NCBI GenBank assembly: GCA_051745165.1
Contig: JBNJDU010000002.1
Coordinates: 5,479-69,478, forward strand
DNA length: 64,000 nt
From: Patescibacteria group bacterium
GTDB taxonomy: Bacteria > Patescibacteriota > Minisyncoccia > Minisyncoccales > PWPS01
Direction: 5' to 3'
The position numbers and the translations under genes are program-made. Under the pieces are notes generated by a model, which saw only the letters and a program-made list of their open reading frames with translations, made no database searches and was not told where the DNA came from. Shown one piece after another: positions 27,979 to 37,254 of this stretch; the stretch's first letter is position 1, and each line of letters starts with the position of its first letter.

Positions 27979-28113
27979 CAATTAAAATATTTTTTGATTA
28001 GTAGTTTTAGTTACTAAAACTCATAATTAAAGAATATTAATAAAAGCAAGTAAGTTACTCTCAAAAACTTACTTTAACCAAAACGGAAACGAAAGTTTTT
28101 GTTTACATGAATT

Positions 28114-29790
28114 ATGTCGAAGAATGAAAAAGAAAAAGTAAAGATAACTCCGCTTGGAGGTTTAGGAGAAGTAGGAAAAAATATGACCCTTCTAGAGTAC
28201 GAAGGGCAAATCCTAATTATCGATATGGGACTTAGCTTCCCGGAAGATGAAAACCCCGGAGTTGACTATATAATTCCTAATATTTCTTACCTAAAAGGTA
28301 GAAAAGATGATATTTTAGGAGTTATATTCACTCATGGTCACTACGATCATATTGGAGCAGTTCCCTACTTTTTAAATAAGTTAGGAAACCCTCCTTTATT
28401 CGCCTCTTCACTAACAATGGGAATTATTGAAAAAAGACAGGACGATTTCCCAAATCAACCAAAGCTAAACAAGACAGTTATTGAAGATGGTTCTAAAATA
28501 GAATTAGGGCCGTTTAAGATTGAAGCCTTTCATCAAAACCACAACATTCCTCAAAATTTAGGGTACTTCATAGAAACTCCAGTTGGAAATATTTTACATA
28601 CTTCTGACTTTAAGTTTGATGAGCATCCTCAAAATGGACCGGCAACAAATTACGAAAAAATTAAAGAATTTGGAAATAGAGGAATTCACCTCATGCTTTC
28701 TGATTCTACCGGTGCAGAAGAAGAAGGTCACTCTTTGTCAGAAAAAACAATTTCGGAAAATATTGAAAAAATATTTCAAAGATCGGATGGTAGAATTATT
28801 ACCGCTACCTTCTCTTCACTAATTAACAGAGTGCAAGATATAATTGAATTGTCTGAAAAGTATGGAAGAAAGGTTATTATTGAAGGGTATGGAATGAAAA
28901 CCAATGTCGAATTGGCAATTAATTTAGGTTTAATTAAAGCAAGTAAAAACACATTTGTTGATCGCAGAAAAGCAGATAGCGTTCCACCGGAAAAAACAAC
29001 TATAATTTGTACTGGTGCACAAGGAGAAGAAAGAGCAGCTTTAATGAGAATCACACAAGGACAACACAGATTCTTTGAGTTGCAAGAGAGAGATACGGTA
29101 GTATTTTCTTCTTCAGTTATTCCCGGAAACGAAAGATCAGTCCAAAATCTTAGAGACGACATTTTAAGACAAGGAGCAGATATTTATCATTACAAAATGA
29201 TGGATATACACGCTAGTGGTCACGGATGTAGAGATGAATTAAGAGAAATGATAGAAATGGTAAAACCTAACTATCTTGTTCCTGTTCATGGACAATACTC
29301 AATGATGGTTAGACACAAGGAGTTAGCTGAAGAGACTAATATTCCGCAAAAAACAATTCTTATAGAAAATGGAGATCCGCTTGAAATGACTTCTCAAAAA
29401 GTATATAAAACAGGTGAGCAAATCAACACCAAACCGGTAATGGTTGATGGATCCGGAGTCGGAGACGTTGGCGGAGTAGTTCTTTACGACAGAAAAGAGC
29501 TTGCCGAAAGTGGAATATTCGTAGTAATTGTTGTGCTAGATAAAAAGACTAAAAAACTACAAAACTCACCAGACATTATATCCAGAGGGTTTGTTTACCT
29601 CAGAGAATCACAAGACTTATTAGCGGAAACAAGAAAAAAGACGAGAAACATTGTTAAAGAAGCCTCTAAATCAAGAAAAACTAGTAACGCAAAGCACATC
29701 AAGAAAGAAATGGAGCAAAAGATCGAAGACTTCCTTTACAGCAAAACTAGAAGAAGACCTATAGTTTTACCGGTAGTTATTGAAGTGTAG
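28114..29790 (+). CDS. rnj: Ribonuclease J
   Basis: PLGGLGEVGKN, THGHYDHIG, HASGH. Confidence 0.97.
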   Translation: MSKNEKEKVKITPLGGLGEVGKNMTLLEYEGQILIIDMGLSFPEDENPGVDYIIPNISYLKGRKDDILGVIFTHGHYDHIGAVPYFLNKLGNPPLFASSLTMGIIEKRQDDFPNQPKLNKTVIEDGSKIELGPFKIEAFHQNHNIPQNLGYFIETPVGNILHTSDFKFDEHPQNGPATNYEKIKEFGNRGIHLMLSDSTGAEEEGHSLSEKTISENIEKIFQRSDGRIITATFSSLINRVQDIIELSEKYGRKVIIEGYGMKTNVELAINLGLIKASKNTFVDRRKADSVPPEKTTIICTGAQGEERAALMRITQGQHRFFELQERDTVVFSSSVIPGNERSVQNLRDDILRQGADIYHYKMMDIHASGHGCRDELREMIEMVKPNYLVPVHGQYSMMVRHKELAEETNIPQKTILIENGDPLEMTSQKVYKTGEQINTKPVMVDGSGVGDVGGVVLYDRKELAESGIFVVIVVLDKKTKKLQNSPDIISRGFVYLRESQDLLAETRKKTRNIVKEASKSRKTSNAKHIKKEMEQKIEDFLYSKTRRRPIVLPVVIEV

Positions 29791-29798
29791 ATTTACTT

Positions 29799-29929
29799 AA
29801 TATTACTTCTTAAGAACCACTCCTCAAGAATCGCCAGCGACGATTCGGGAGTTGTGCGCTCGTTGATTGATTTTAGCAAAGCTGAAAATCGTGCTCAATC
29901 AACTCCGCGAACTTCTAAGAAGTAATATT
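29799..29929 (+). ncRNA. Multi-stem structured repeat, copy 1
   Basis: 14-bp closing stem; homologous to 31114-31221(-) and 61525-61657(-) with compensatory changes. Confidence 0.7.
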
Positions 29930-29993
29930 TACGTTCACGGTTAACAAAATTAGTTAATTAAACTATAATTGATAAAAGTTTAACTAAAAAAAT

Positions 29994-30974
29994 ATGAGAA
30001 TATTCAGTGGAATTCAACCTACAGGAGGGCTTCATATCGGAAACTATTTAGGAGCTATAAAACAATGGATAGAGCTACAGGAAGAAAATGAGTGCATTTA
30101 CTCTATAGTTGATCTGCACGCCTTAACTTCTGACTACAACTCTGAAGAGTTACGAGATAAGATAATTAATACTGCTATCGTTTATCTTGCCGCCGGAATA
30201 GATCCAGAAAAGTCAACTATTTTCATCCAATCCGAAGTTAAAGAGCATACTGAATTAAGCTGGTACTTAAATACAGTAACACCAGTTGGAGAATTGGAAA
30301 GAATGACTCAATACAAGGAGAAATCCAAAAGCAAAAAGAAAAGATCTAATGCTGGTCTCTTAAATTACCCCATTTTAATGGCTGCCGATATTTTGCTTTA
30401 CGATACAGAAATCGTACCCGTTGGAGAGGATCAAATTCAACATATAGAACTGACTAGAGACATTGCTAAAAAGTTCAACAAGCAGTTTGGAAAAACATTT
30501 GAAATTCCAGAAGCAAAACTCCCTAAAAGTGGAGCAAGGATTATGAGCTTAAAAAATCCTCAAAATAAAATGTCCAAATCAGGAAAAAAGGGAAACGCTA
30601 TATCCTTATTTGACGACCCTGAAGTAATAAAGGAAAAGGTTATGTCTGCAGTAACTGATACTGACAATAAGATTAAATACGATATCAAAGATAAACCAGC
30701 AATCTCTAATTTGCTAGTTATTTACAGCGAATTCAAAGAACAATCCATTGCAGACAGTGAAAAAGAGTTAAAAGGAGATAGTTATAAACAGTTTAAAGAA
30801 AAATTAGCTGAACTCTTAATTGAATCTTTAGCTCCATTTAGAAAAAAAAGGAAAGAGCTTGAATCACGAAGAGAAGTTTATGTTGAAGAAATACTCTCAC
30901 AAGGAACTAGAAAAGCAAAATCTTACGCCTCTTCAAAAATTGTTGAAGTGCGTAGAAATATGGGGCTCATTTAA
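29994..30974 (+). CDS. trpS: Tryptophanyl-tRNA synthetase
   Basis: SGIQPTG.LHIGNY, YPILMAADIL, KMSKS. Confidence 0.98.
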   Translation: MRIFSGIQPTGGLHIGNYLGAIKQWIELQEENECIYSIVDLHALTSDYNSEELRDKIINTAIVYLAAGIDPEKSTIFIQSEVKEHTELSWYLNTVTPVGELERMTQYKEKSKSKKKRSNAGLLNYPILMAADILLYDTEIVPVGEDQIQHIELTRDIAKKFNKQFGKTFEIPEAKLPKSGARIMSLKNPQNKMSKSGKKGNAISLFDDPEVIKEKVMSAVTDTDNKIKYDIKDKPAISNLLVIYSEFKEQSIADSEKELKGDSYKQFKEKLAELLIESLAPFRKKRKELESRREVYVEEILSQGTRKAKSYASSKIVEVRRNMGLI

Positions 30975-31001
30975 TAGCTAGCTATCAGCTTTTAATAATA
31001 T

Positions 31002-31028
31002 AAAACCACTCGAATATCGAGTGGTTTT
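31002..31028. terminator. Bidirectional terminator
   Basis: AAAACCACTCGA-ATA-TCGAGTGGTTTT. Confidence 0.8.
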
Positions 31029-31057
31029 TACTATTTAAAATATTATCTAATAAACTC

Positions 31058-31108
31058 TTAAAAATAGGTCGAACCTATCAGAAGTAGTTAAAAATAGGTT
31101 GGACCTAT
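31058..31108. repeat. Two REP-like palindromes, 30-bp period
   Basis: TTAAAAATAGGTCGAACCTAT / TTAAAAATAGGTTGGACCTAT. Confidence 0.75.
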
Positions 31109-31113
31109 TCTAT

Positions 31114-31221
31114 CGGAGAGGATTTTGCATGGTCTTTTCGTTAGAAAAGAAAATCCTCGAGAGCACAGAGCCCGAATTCCCGCTGGGAATTCTTGAGGCT
31201 CGGTTCTTACAAAGAGGGTAT
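31114..31221 (-). ncRNA. Multi-stem structured repeat, copy 3 (3'-truncated)
   Basis: Minus strand AAGAACC-GAGCC-TCAA-GAATTCCC-AGC-GGGAATTC-G-GGCTC-TGTGCTCTC-GAGGATTTT...AAAATCCTC-TCCG. Confidence 0.7.
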
Positions 31222-31230
31222 CGAGCGCAC

Positions 31231-32556
31231 TTATGATTCCTTTATCAAAGAAACAAGTTCTTCTGTTTTTTCTTCTAAAAGTTTTTTACTTTCTGCCTCC
31301 AACCTAAGTCTTACTACATCCTCTGTGTTTGATTTTCTTAAATTAAACCACCAGTTATCAAAATCAATATAAACACCGTCTAAATTAATACTAAATCCTT
31401 CCGGAAAAGCTTCTCTCGCCCTTTCTAAAGCCTTATCTTTATCATCTACCTCCATATTTATTTCTTCGCTTTGGTAATAAATCTTAAGCGGTTCAGTTAG
31501 CTCAGAGAGAGTTTTATCTACATTTCCCAAAAAGCTAATCATTTTGATGGCGATAAAAAGCCCATCATCAATGCAGTAATTATCTTTATGCATTATATGA
31601 CCAGAAAGCTCAGCCCCCATTAAACCTCCTTCATTAACTAATTTCTCTTTATAAAAAGGATTTCCTACTCTCATCATCTCTGGAATCCCTCCTGACTCAG
31701 AAACTTTTTCTGGAGTTATTTTTGAAAATCTTAAATCAAAATATACTTTTTTCTCTTTTGATTTTTTTAATTCTTTTTGAGCTAAAAGGCTAATGATTAA
31801 ATCTGGATAAACAATCTCTCCTTTTTCATCTACAAAAAAGGCTCTATCTCCATCCCCATCAAAAAACACACCTAAATCTGCTTTTTCTTCTTTCACTTTA
31901 TTGATAAGCTCTTCCATATTTTTGGGTTCTGGATTCGGTAAGTGATTAGGAAAAGCAGGATCTAAATCTTCATATAAGCTAACTACTTCTGCTTTAATAT
32001 TTTTAAATACTTCCTTGCCAGTTACAGAGGCAACACCATTTCCATAGTCGACTACTACTTTCAAGTCTTCTTTATGATCAACAAACGAGAGAATATGCGA
32101 AATATAATCTGGTAATGGATCTTTCTTCTCCACACTCCCATTACCTTTTTTAAACTTTTCTTTTTTAATTAGGTTCTTTATCTTTTTTATTCCTTTCCCA
32201 TACACTTGCAACCCATTTTCTTTAATTAGCTTTAACCCATTATATTCCGGTGGATTATGAGAAGCAGTTACCATTACTCCTCCGGAATGACTGTACTTAC
32301 AAACTGCGAAGTTTAAAAGCGGGGTTGTAGCAACTCCGATGTCAAAAACAGTAGCTCCAGAATCTATCAATCCCCTTTTAAGCTCTTTGAAAAGTGCGGG
32401 AGAAGTTTTTCGAGCATCTCTCCCAACTACAATTTCCGGATTTTCTTCATCAAGAAAAGAAACAAACCCCCTTCCTACTAAATAGGCAGTTTCTTTGTCT
32501 AATTCTTCTGGAGATAAGCCCCTTATATCGTATGTTTTAAATATTTTATCCTCCAT
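31231..32556 (-). CDS. Phosphomannomutase/phosphoglucomutase
   Basis: FKTYDIRG, TASHNP, DGDGDR, ELSGH. Confidence 0.95.
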   Translation of the reverse strand: MEDKIFKTYDIRGLSPEELDKETAYLVGRGFVSFLDEENPEIVVGRDARKTSPALFKELKRGLIDSGATVFDIGVATTPLLNFAVCKYSHSGGVMVTASHNPPEYNGLKLIKENGLQVYGKGIKKIKNLIKKEKFKKGNGSVEKKDPLPDYISHILSFVDHKEDLKVVVDYGNGVASVTGKEVFKNIKAEVVSLYEDLDPAFPNHLPNPEPKNMEELINKVKEEKADLGVFFDGDGDRAFFVDEKGEIVYPDLIISLLAQKELKKSKEKKVYFDLRFSKITPEKVSESGGIPEMMRVGNPFYKEKLVNEGGLMGAELSGHIMHKDNYCIDDGLFIAIKMISFLGNVDKTLSELTEPLKIYYQSEEINMEVDDKDKALERAREAFPEGFSINLDGVYIDFDNWWFNLRKSNTEDVVRLRLEAESKKLLEEKTEELVSLIKES

Positions 32557-32728
32557 ATAAGTGTTAATTTATTTTTTAAATTATAACATATAAATTTGAT
32601 AGTAATAAGTTTTTGATTTATTATTAAAAAAAAGGGGTTGGTAACTTGATGAATATCAAGTTCAATGTTATAATGCTGTGAACTAGAAACATTAAAAGAA
32701 AGCGAAGAATTTAAAATAAATAGAAATT

Positions 32729-33193
32729 ATGAATCTTTACGAACTTACATATTTAATAAAACCAGAATTAACTAGCGACGAAGTTAAAGAATTTAACCAA
32801 GAACTAACAGACGAATTAAAAGAAGCGAATGCAACTCTATATAAGATGGAACAACCTAAAAAAAGAAACCTCGCCTACGAAGTAAAAGGCTTTACCGAAG
32901 GTTATATAGCTTGTATTGATATGGACATCGCCTCTGAACAAGTAAAATTGATTGAAGAGAAATTAAAAAGAAAAGATGAAATTCTTCGATATTTAATCAT
33001 TTCAAAAGAAGAATTAGAGGAAGAAGAAGAACCTAAGGATGAGGAGGAAGAACCTAAGGATGAAGGTGATGATGAGGAAGAAGAAGACAAAGAGGAAGAT
33101 GATGATGAAAAAGAGGAAGAAGAAGACAAAAACAAAAAAGAAGATAAAGTAAAATTAAATGAAATCGATGAAAAAATCGATGAAATAATATGA
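32729..33193 (+). CDS. rpsF: 30S ribosomal protein S6 with acidic tail
   Basis: YELTYLI, KRNLAY, ILRYL. Confidence 0.95.
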   Translation: MNLYELTYLIKPELTSDEVKEFNQELTDELKEANATLYKMEQPKKRNLAYEVKGFTEGYIACIDMDIASEQVKLIEEKLKRKDEILRYLIISKEELEEEEEPKDEEEEPKDEGDDEEEEDKEEDDDEKEEEEDKNKKEDKVKLNEIDEKIDEII

Positions 33194-33642
33194 ATTTTAA
33201 TAAAGCTATCATCGCCGGTAATTTAACTGATGATCCGGAAAAAAGAGCAACTGATTCTGGAACTACAGTAGTTAATTTCTCTGTAGCTACAAATCGGTAT
33301 TACAGCAATCAATCCGGAGAAAGACAACAAGATACTGAGTATCATGATGTAGTCTTTTTCGGAAAAACTGCTGAAAATATTGCTAAATATTTATCTAAAG
33401 GATCTTCAGTTCTTATTGAAGGAAGGCTTCAAACTAGAAGCTGGGAAGGTCAAGACGGAAACACGCGCTACAATACAGAGATAGTAGGTCAAAGCATTCA
33501 ATTCGGACCAAGAGAGAATGGTAATTCAGGTGGTTCAAATAGACAAAACCAACAATCCAAAAGCAATAAAAAAGAAAAAGACGAAGAGATCCCAGTAATT
33601 GAAGAAGATGAAGATATTGATGTAGAAGATATCCCCTTTTAA
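33190..33642 (+). CDS. ssb: Single-stranded DNA-binding protein
   Basis: NKAIIAGNL, EGRLQTRSW, DIPF. Confidence 0.98.
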   Translation: MNFNKAIIAGNLTDDPEKRATDSGTTVVNFSVATNRYYSNQSGERQQDTEYHDVVFFGKTAENIAKYLSKGSSVLIEGRLQTRSWEGQDGNTRYNTEIVGQSIQFGPRENGNSGGSNRQNQQSKSNKKEKDEEIPVIEEDEDIDVEDIPF

Positions 33643-33681
33643 CCATTAATTGTTAATTAAAGTATAAACTATAGAAAAGTT

Positions 33682-33891
33682 ATGAGACAATGTTACTTTT
33701 GCCAACACGAAGTCGATAGAATTGACTTTAAGAACACTGAAGTTTTGCAGAAATTTACTGACAAAACTCATAAAATAAAACCAAGAAAAAGAAGTGGACT
33801 TTGCGCAAGCCATCAAAGAAAGCTTGCTAGAGCTGTTAAAAGAGCAAGGCAAATGGCTCTTATTCCTTACCAAGAAAACGTAAGGGTTTAG
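33682..33891 (+). CDS. rpsR: 30S ribosomal protein S18 (Zn-binding type)
   Basis: CYFC, IDFKN, CASHQR..ARAVKRAR. Confidence 0.97.
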   Translation: MRQCYFCQHEVDRIDFKNTEVLQKFTDKTHKIKPRKRSGLCASHQRKLARAVKRARQMALIPYQENVRV

Positions 33892-33910
33892 CAAAGAACT
33901 AAAACAATAA

Positions 33911-33940
33911 GAAAGACCCCGCCTAGAGCGGGGTCTTTTT
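33911..33940. terminator. Bidirectional terminator rpsR/recA
   Basis: AAAGACCCCGC-CTAGA-GCGGGGTCTTT. Confidence 0.85.
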
Positions 33941-33966
33941 GTTTCTTCTCTATTAAATTTATAAAA

Positions 33967-35040
33967 TTATTTTTCTTCTCTCTTTTCTTGCATCTTTTTC
34001 TTAATTTCTTCTTCAATCTCTTCAGCTAATTCTTTATTTTCTTCTAAAAAGTCCTTAGAGTTGCTCTTTCCTTGTCCTAGTTTTTTATCATTATAACTAT
34101 ACCAAGAACCCGCTTTTTCAACTACATCCATTTCTACACCTACTTTAAGAAGGTCTCCGTAATAAGAAATTCCTTCGTTGTAATAAATGTCGAATTGAGC
34201 TTTTCTAAATGGAGCTCCAACCTTGTTTTTAACTACTTTTGCTACTACTCTATTACCAATTATCTCTCCTTTAGATTTAATCTGTGCTCTTCTAGAAAGG
34301 CTAATTCTTACTGAAGAATAAAATTTGAGAGCTAAACCACCAGAAGTCGTTCTTGGATTTCCAAACTTAACTCCAATTTTCATTCTAGTCTGATTCAAAA
34401 ATATTACCGTCGTATCTGTTTCGGAAATAACTTTTGAAAGCTTTCTCAGGGCTGATGACATCAATCGGGCTTGTTTTCCGATCTGTTGATCACCTACCTC
34501 ACCTGCAATCTCGCTCTTAGGCGCTAGGGCGGCTACCGAGTCAATTACAATCACATCAACCTCTCCAGATCGTGTTAAAGTTTCTACAATCTGCAAAGCT
34601 TGCTCTCCGGAGTCGGGTTGAGAGATTAAAAGCTCATCAATATTAACTCCTATTCTTTTAGCGTATCCAGGATCTAGAGCGTTTTCAACATCTATAAAAG
34701 CGGCAACTCCTCCCTTTTTCTGTGCTTCAGCAACAGTGTGTAATGAAAGAGTTGTCTTACCGGTAGAAGCAGACCCAAAGATTTCAATAACTCTTCCTCT
34801 AGGAATTCCTCCCACTCCTAAAGCCATATCAAGTGAAAAAGAGCCCGTAGGAATTGAATCTACATCTACAGCTCTTAAATCTTTTAGCTTCATTAAAGAC
34901 CCCTCTCCAAACTTCTGCTTAATTTCTTTCATTGCCTCTTTCAGCTCTTTACTTTCCATCTTGCTTTCCTTCTTTTCTTTTTTCTTCTTTTTTTTACTTT
35001 TCTTATTCTTTTCTTCTTTTTTCTTCTTTTTTTTAGCCAT
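33967..35040 (-). CDS. recA: Recombinase RecA
   Basis: [23 protein letters not shown]. Confidence 0.98.
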   Translation of the reverse strand: MAKKKKKKEEKNKKSKKKKKKEKKESKMESKELKEAMKEIKQKFGEGSLMKLKDLRAVDVDSIPTGSFSLDMALGVGGIPRGRVIEIFGSASTGKTTLSLHTVAEAQKKGGVAAFIDVENALDPGYAKRIGVNIDELLISQPDSGEQALQIVETLTRSGEVDVIVIDSVAALAPKSEIAGEVGDQQIGKQARLMSSALRKLSKVISETDTTVIFLNQTRMKIGVKFGNPRTTSGGLALKFYSSVRISLSRRAQIKSKGEIIGNRVVAKVVKNKVGAPFRKAQFDIYYNEGISYYGDLLKVGVEMDVVEKAGSWYSYNDKKLGQGKSNSKDFLEENKELAEEIEEEIKKKMQEKREEK

Positions 35041-35077
35041 GTTAATTTAATTATTGATTATTATTTAAATTATTATT

Positions 35078-37213
35078 TTAATCTTGATCAGAATTTAAGT
35101 CTTCAGCAGTAAACTCTTCATCTTCTTCATTATCATTATCTCCGTAAACTACTCTTGGCTTAGATCCTCTGGAAGGGCCAACGATATTTCTTGCTTCTAA
35201 CATATCAAGAATTCTAGCCGCTCTTACATACCCAATACGTAGTTTTCTTTGAAGCATCGATGCAGAGGCTTTATCAGCTCGTATAACCAAATCTTTCGCA
35301 TCTTCATATAACTCGTCTTCTTCCATGTTTTCTTCCACCTTTTGAGCTCTGTCCTTCTCTAACTCGTCCTCTAGGTCCTCACTAAGATCATCATCTTCAT
35401 CGATATCATCCTCAGCTTTATCAACTAACCAATTTACAACCTCTTTCACTTCTTCTTCAGAAACAAAAGGTCCTTGAACTCTCTTTGGCTTTGAACTATT
35501 GGAAGAAACAAAGAGCATATCACCAGCACCGAGAAGTCTTTCCGCTCCACCCATATCCAGAATTGTTCTTGAATCAACCTGGGAAGCAACTTGAAAACTA
35601 ACCCTGGAAGTAATATTAGCTTTAATCAGGCCAGTAATAACCTCAACAGAAGGGCGTTGTGTTGCTAATATAAGGTGAATTCCAACTGCTCTAGCCATTT
35701 GAGCAATACGAACAATACCGCTTTCAATTTCATTTTGCTTTTTCGCCATTAAGTCAGCTAACTCATCTACAACTAAAACGATATAAGGCATTACCTCCTC
35801 GTCATCTTGCTTTTTAGCCCAGTCATTATAAGTTCCTATATTTCTTTTTTTAGCTTCAGATAAAACATCAAACCTTCTTTCCATCTCTCCAATAAGCCAC
35901 TGCAAGGCATTATTTGTTTTTTCTGCATCATAAATTACGGAAGTTAGTAGATGAGGCAATCTTTTGTATAAGGAAAATTCTACTCTTTTCGGATCGACTA
36001 ATATAAGTCTCAAATCCTCTGGCGAATTTTTATATATAAGACTAAGTATTAAAGTATTTAAAAATATAGTTTTACCAGATCCGGTAGCACCGGCAACTAA
36101 AAGGTGAGGCATCTTAGCTAAATTAGCAAAGATTTCATTACCAGATACGTCTTTACCAACAGCCAAAGTAAGATCTGAATCGTGCTTTTTATAATTTTTA
36201 CCTAAAAGGTCTCCCAACCTAATCATCTCTCTGTCTTCATTGGGAACCTCAATACCAACTAATGATTTTCCTGGGATTGGAGCTTCGGTTCTTACCGGAT
36301 GCTTTGCTAAAGACAAAGCTAAGTCATCAGAAAGTGATGTTATCTTAGAAAGCTTAATTCCTTCTGCTGGTTTTAAGGTGTATTGAGTAACCGTTGGACC
36401 AACATTTATTTCTGACATGTCTACATCTATATCAAAGTTGGAAAAAGTTTTTTGAATTACTTTTGAATTCTTTTTAGTGTCACCAGGATCAGCGCTACCT
36501 CCTCCTTTTTCTAATAATTTAACTGGAGGAATAAGCTTTTTTCCGGGAAGGGTTGTTGATTTTTCCTTTTCTGTTTCTTCTTCTTTTTCAACCTTTTCTT
36601 CTTTATCGTTGTCTTCTATTTTTTTAGTTTCAAAACTAGGTGCAAATATCTTTTTTATTACAGAAGGTTGAGTTCTTTTTCTTTCTCTTCTTCTTTCAAA
36701 AAAGTTTTCTACCGCTTCAACAAAAGAAGCATCTTTATATAAAAGATTCCAAAAAATAACAAGTCCAATTAAAGTTCCAATTGAAAAAATAAGTAAACTA
36801 GCCGGTCTTCCAAGAAAATCTTCTAAACCGTTACTCATTGCAGATCCTATTATCCCTCCTATTTCCGCATCATTAATCCGATTAAAGCCACTACCTAAAA
36901 CAGTGAAAAATCCAGTTGCTCCCGAAAGTACAAGCAGAAATCCCGCGACAAGCGGGGCTACAAACTGCTCATATTCAGTTCTAATAAAAATCCAGCCGGA
37001 GATAAAAATTAACAGAGGAACTAAAGCAGCCATTCCACCAAACAAACTTTCAAAACCCTTTCTAAGAAAAGATCCTCCTTCACCAGCTTGATCAAAGGCG
37101 CTTAAAACGCCAATCATTGCAAAAAGAAAGAGAAGGAGACCGGTTATGATTCTCCTTATTTTACTAGAAAAGAATGGCTCCTTCTCTTTTTCTTTTTTCT
37201 TTTTCTTTCCCAT
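35078..37213 (-). CDS. ftsK: DNA translocase FtsK/SpoIIIE
   Basis: N-terminal TM domain, GATGSGKT, DELADLM, ATQRPS, gamma domain. Confidence 0.97.
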   Translation of the reverse strand: MGKKKKKEKEKEPFFSSKIRRIITGLLLFLFAMIGVLSAFDQAGEGGSFLRKGFESLFGGMAALVPLLIFISGWIFIRTEYEQFVAPLVAGFLLVLSGATGFFTVLGSGFNRINDAEIGGIIGSAMSNGLEDFLGRPASLLIFSIGTLIGLVIFWNLLYKDASFVEAVENFFERRRERKRTQPSVIKKIFAPSFETKKIEDNDKEEKVEKEEETEKEKSTTLPGKKLIPPVKLLEKGGGSADPGDTKKNSKVIQKTFSNFDIDVDMSEINVGPTVTQYTLKPAEGIKLSKITSLSDDLALSLAKHPVRTEAPIPGKSLVGIEVPNEDREMIRLGDLLGKNYKKHDSDLTLAVGKDVSGNEIFANLAKMPHLLVAGATGSGKTIFLNTLILSLIYKNSPEDLRLILVDPKRVEFSLYKRLPHLLTSVIYDAEKTNNALQWLIGEMERRFDVLSEAKKRNIGTYNDWAKKQDDEEVMPYIVLVVDELADLMAKKQNEIESGIVRIAQMARAVGIHLILATQRPSVEVITGLIKANITSRVSFQVASQVDSRTILDMGGAERLLGAGDMLFVSSNSSKPKRVQGPFVSEEEVKEVVNWLVDKAEDDIDEDDDLSEDLEDELEKDRAQKVEENMEEDELYEDAKDLVIRADKASASMLQRKLRIGYVRAARILDMLEARNIVGPSRGSKPRVVYGDNDNEEDEEFTAEDLNSDQD

Positions 37214-37254
37214 ATCTATTTAATTGTACCACAAATGAGGCTAAATTAAAGGAA

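Noticed and set aside
29799-29993. T-box riboswitch for trpS
   Set aside because: No T-box consensus, and the same element occurs after unrelated genes.
31058-31108. Possible CRISPR array
   Set aside because: Only two 21-bp units with a 9-bp spacer, and no cas genes in the window.
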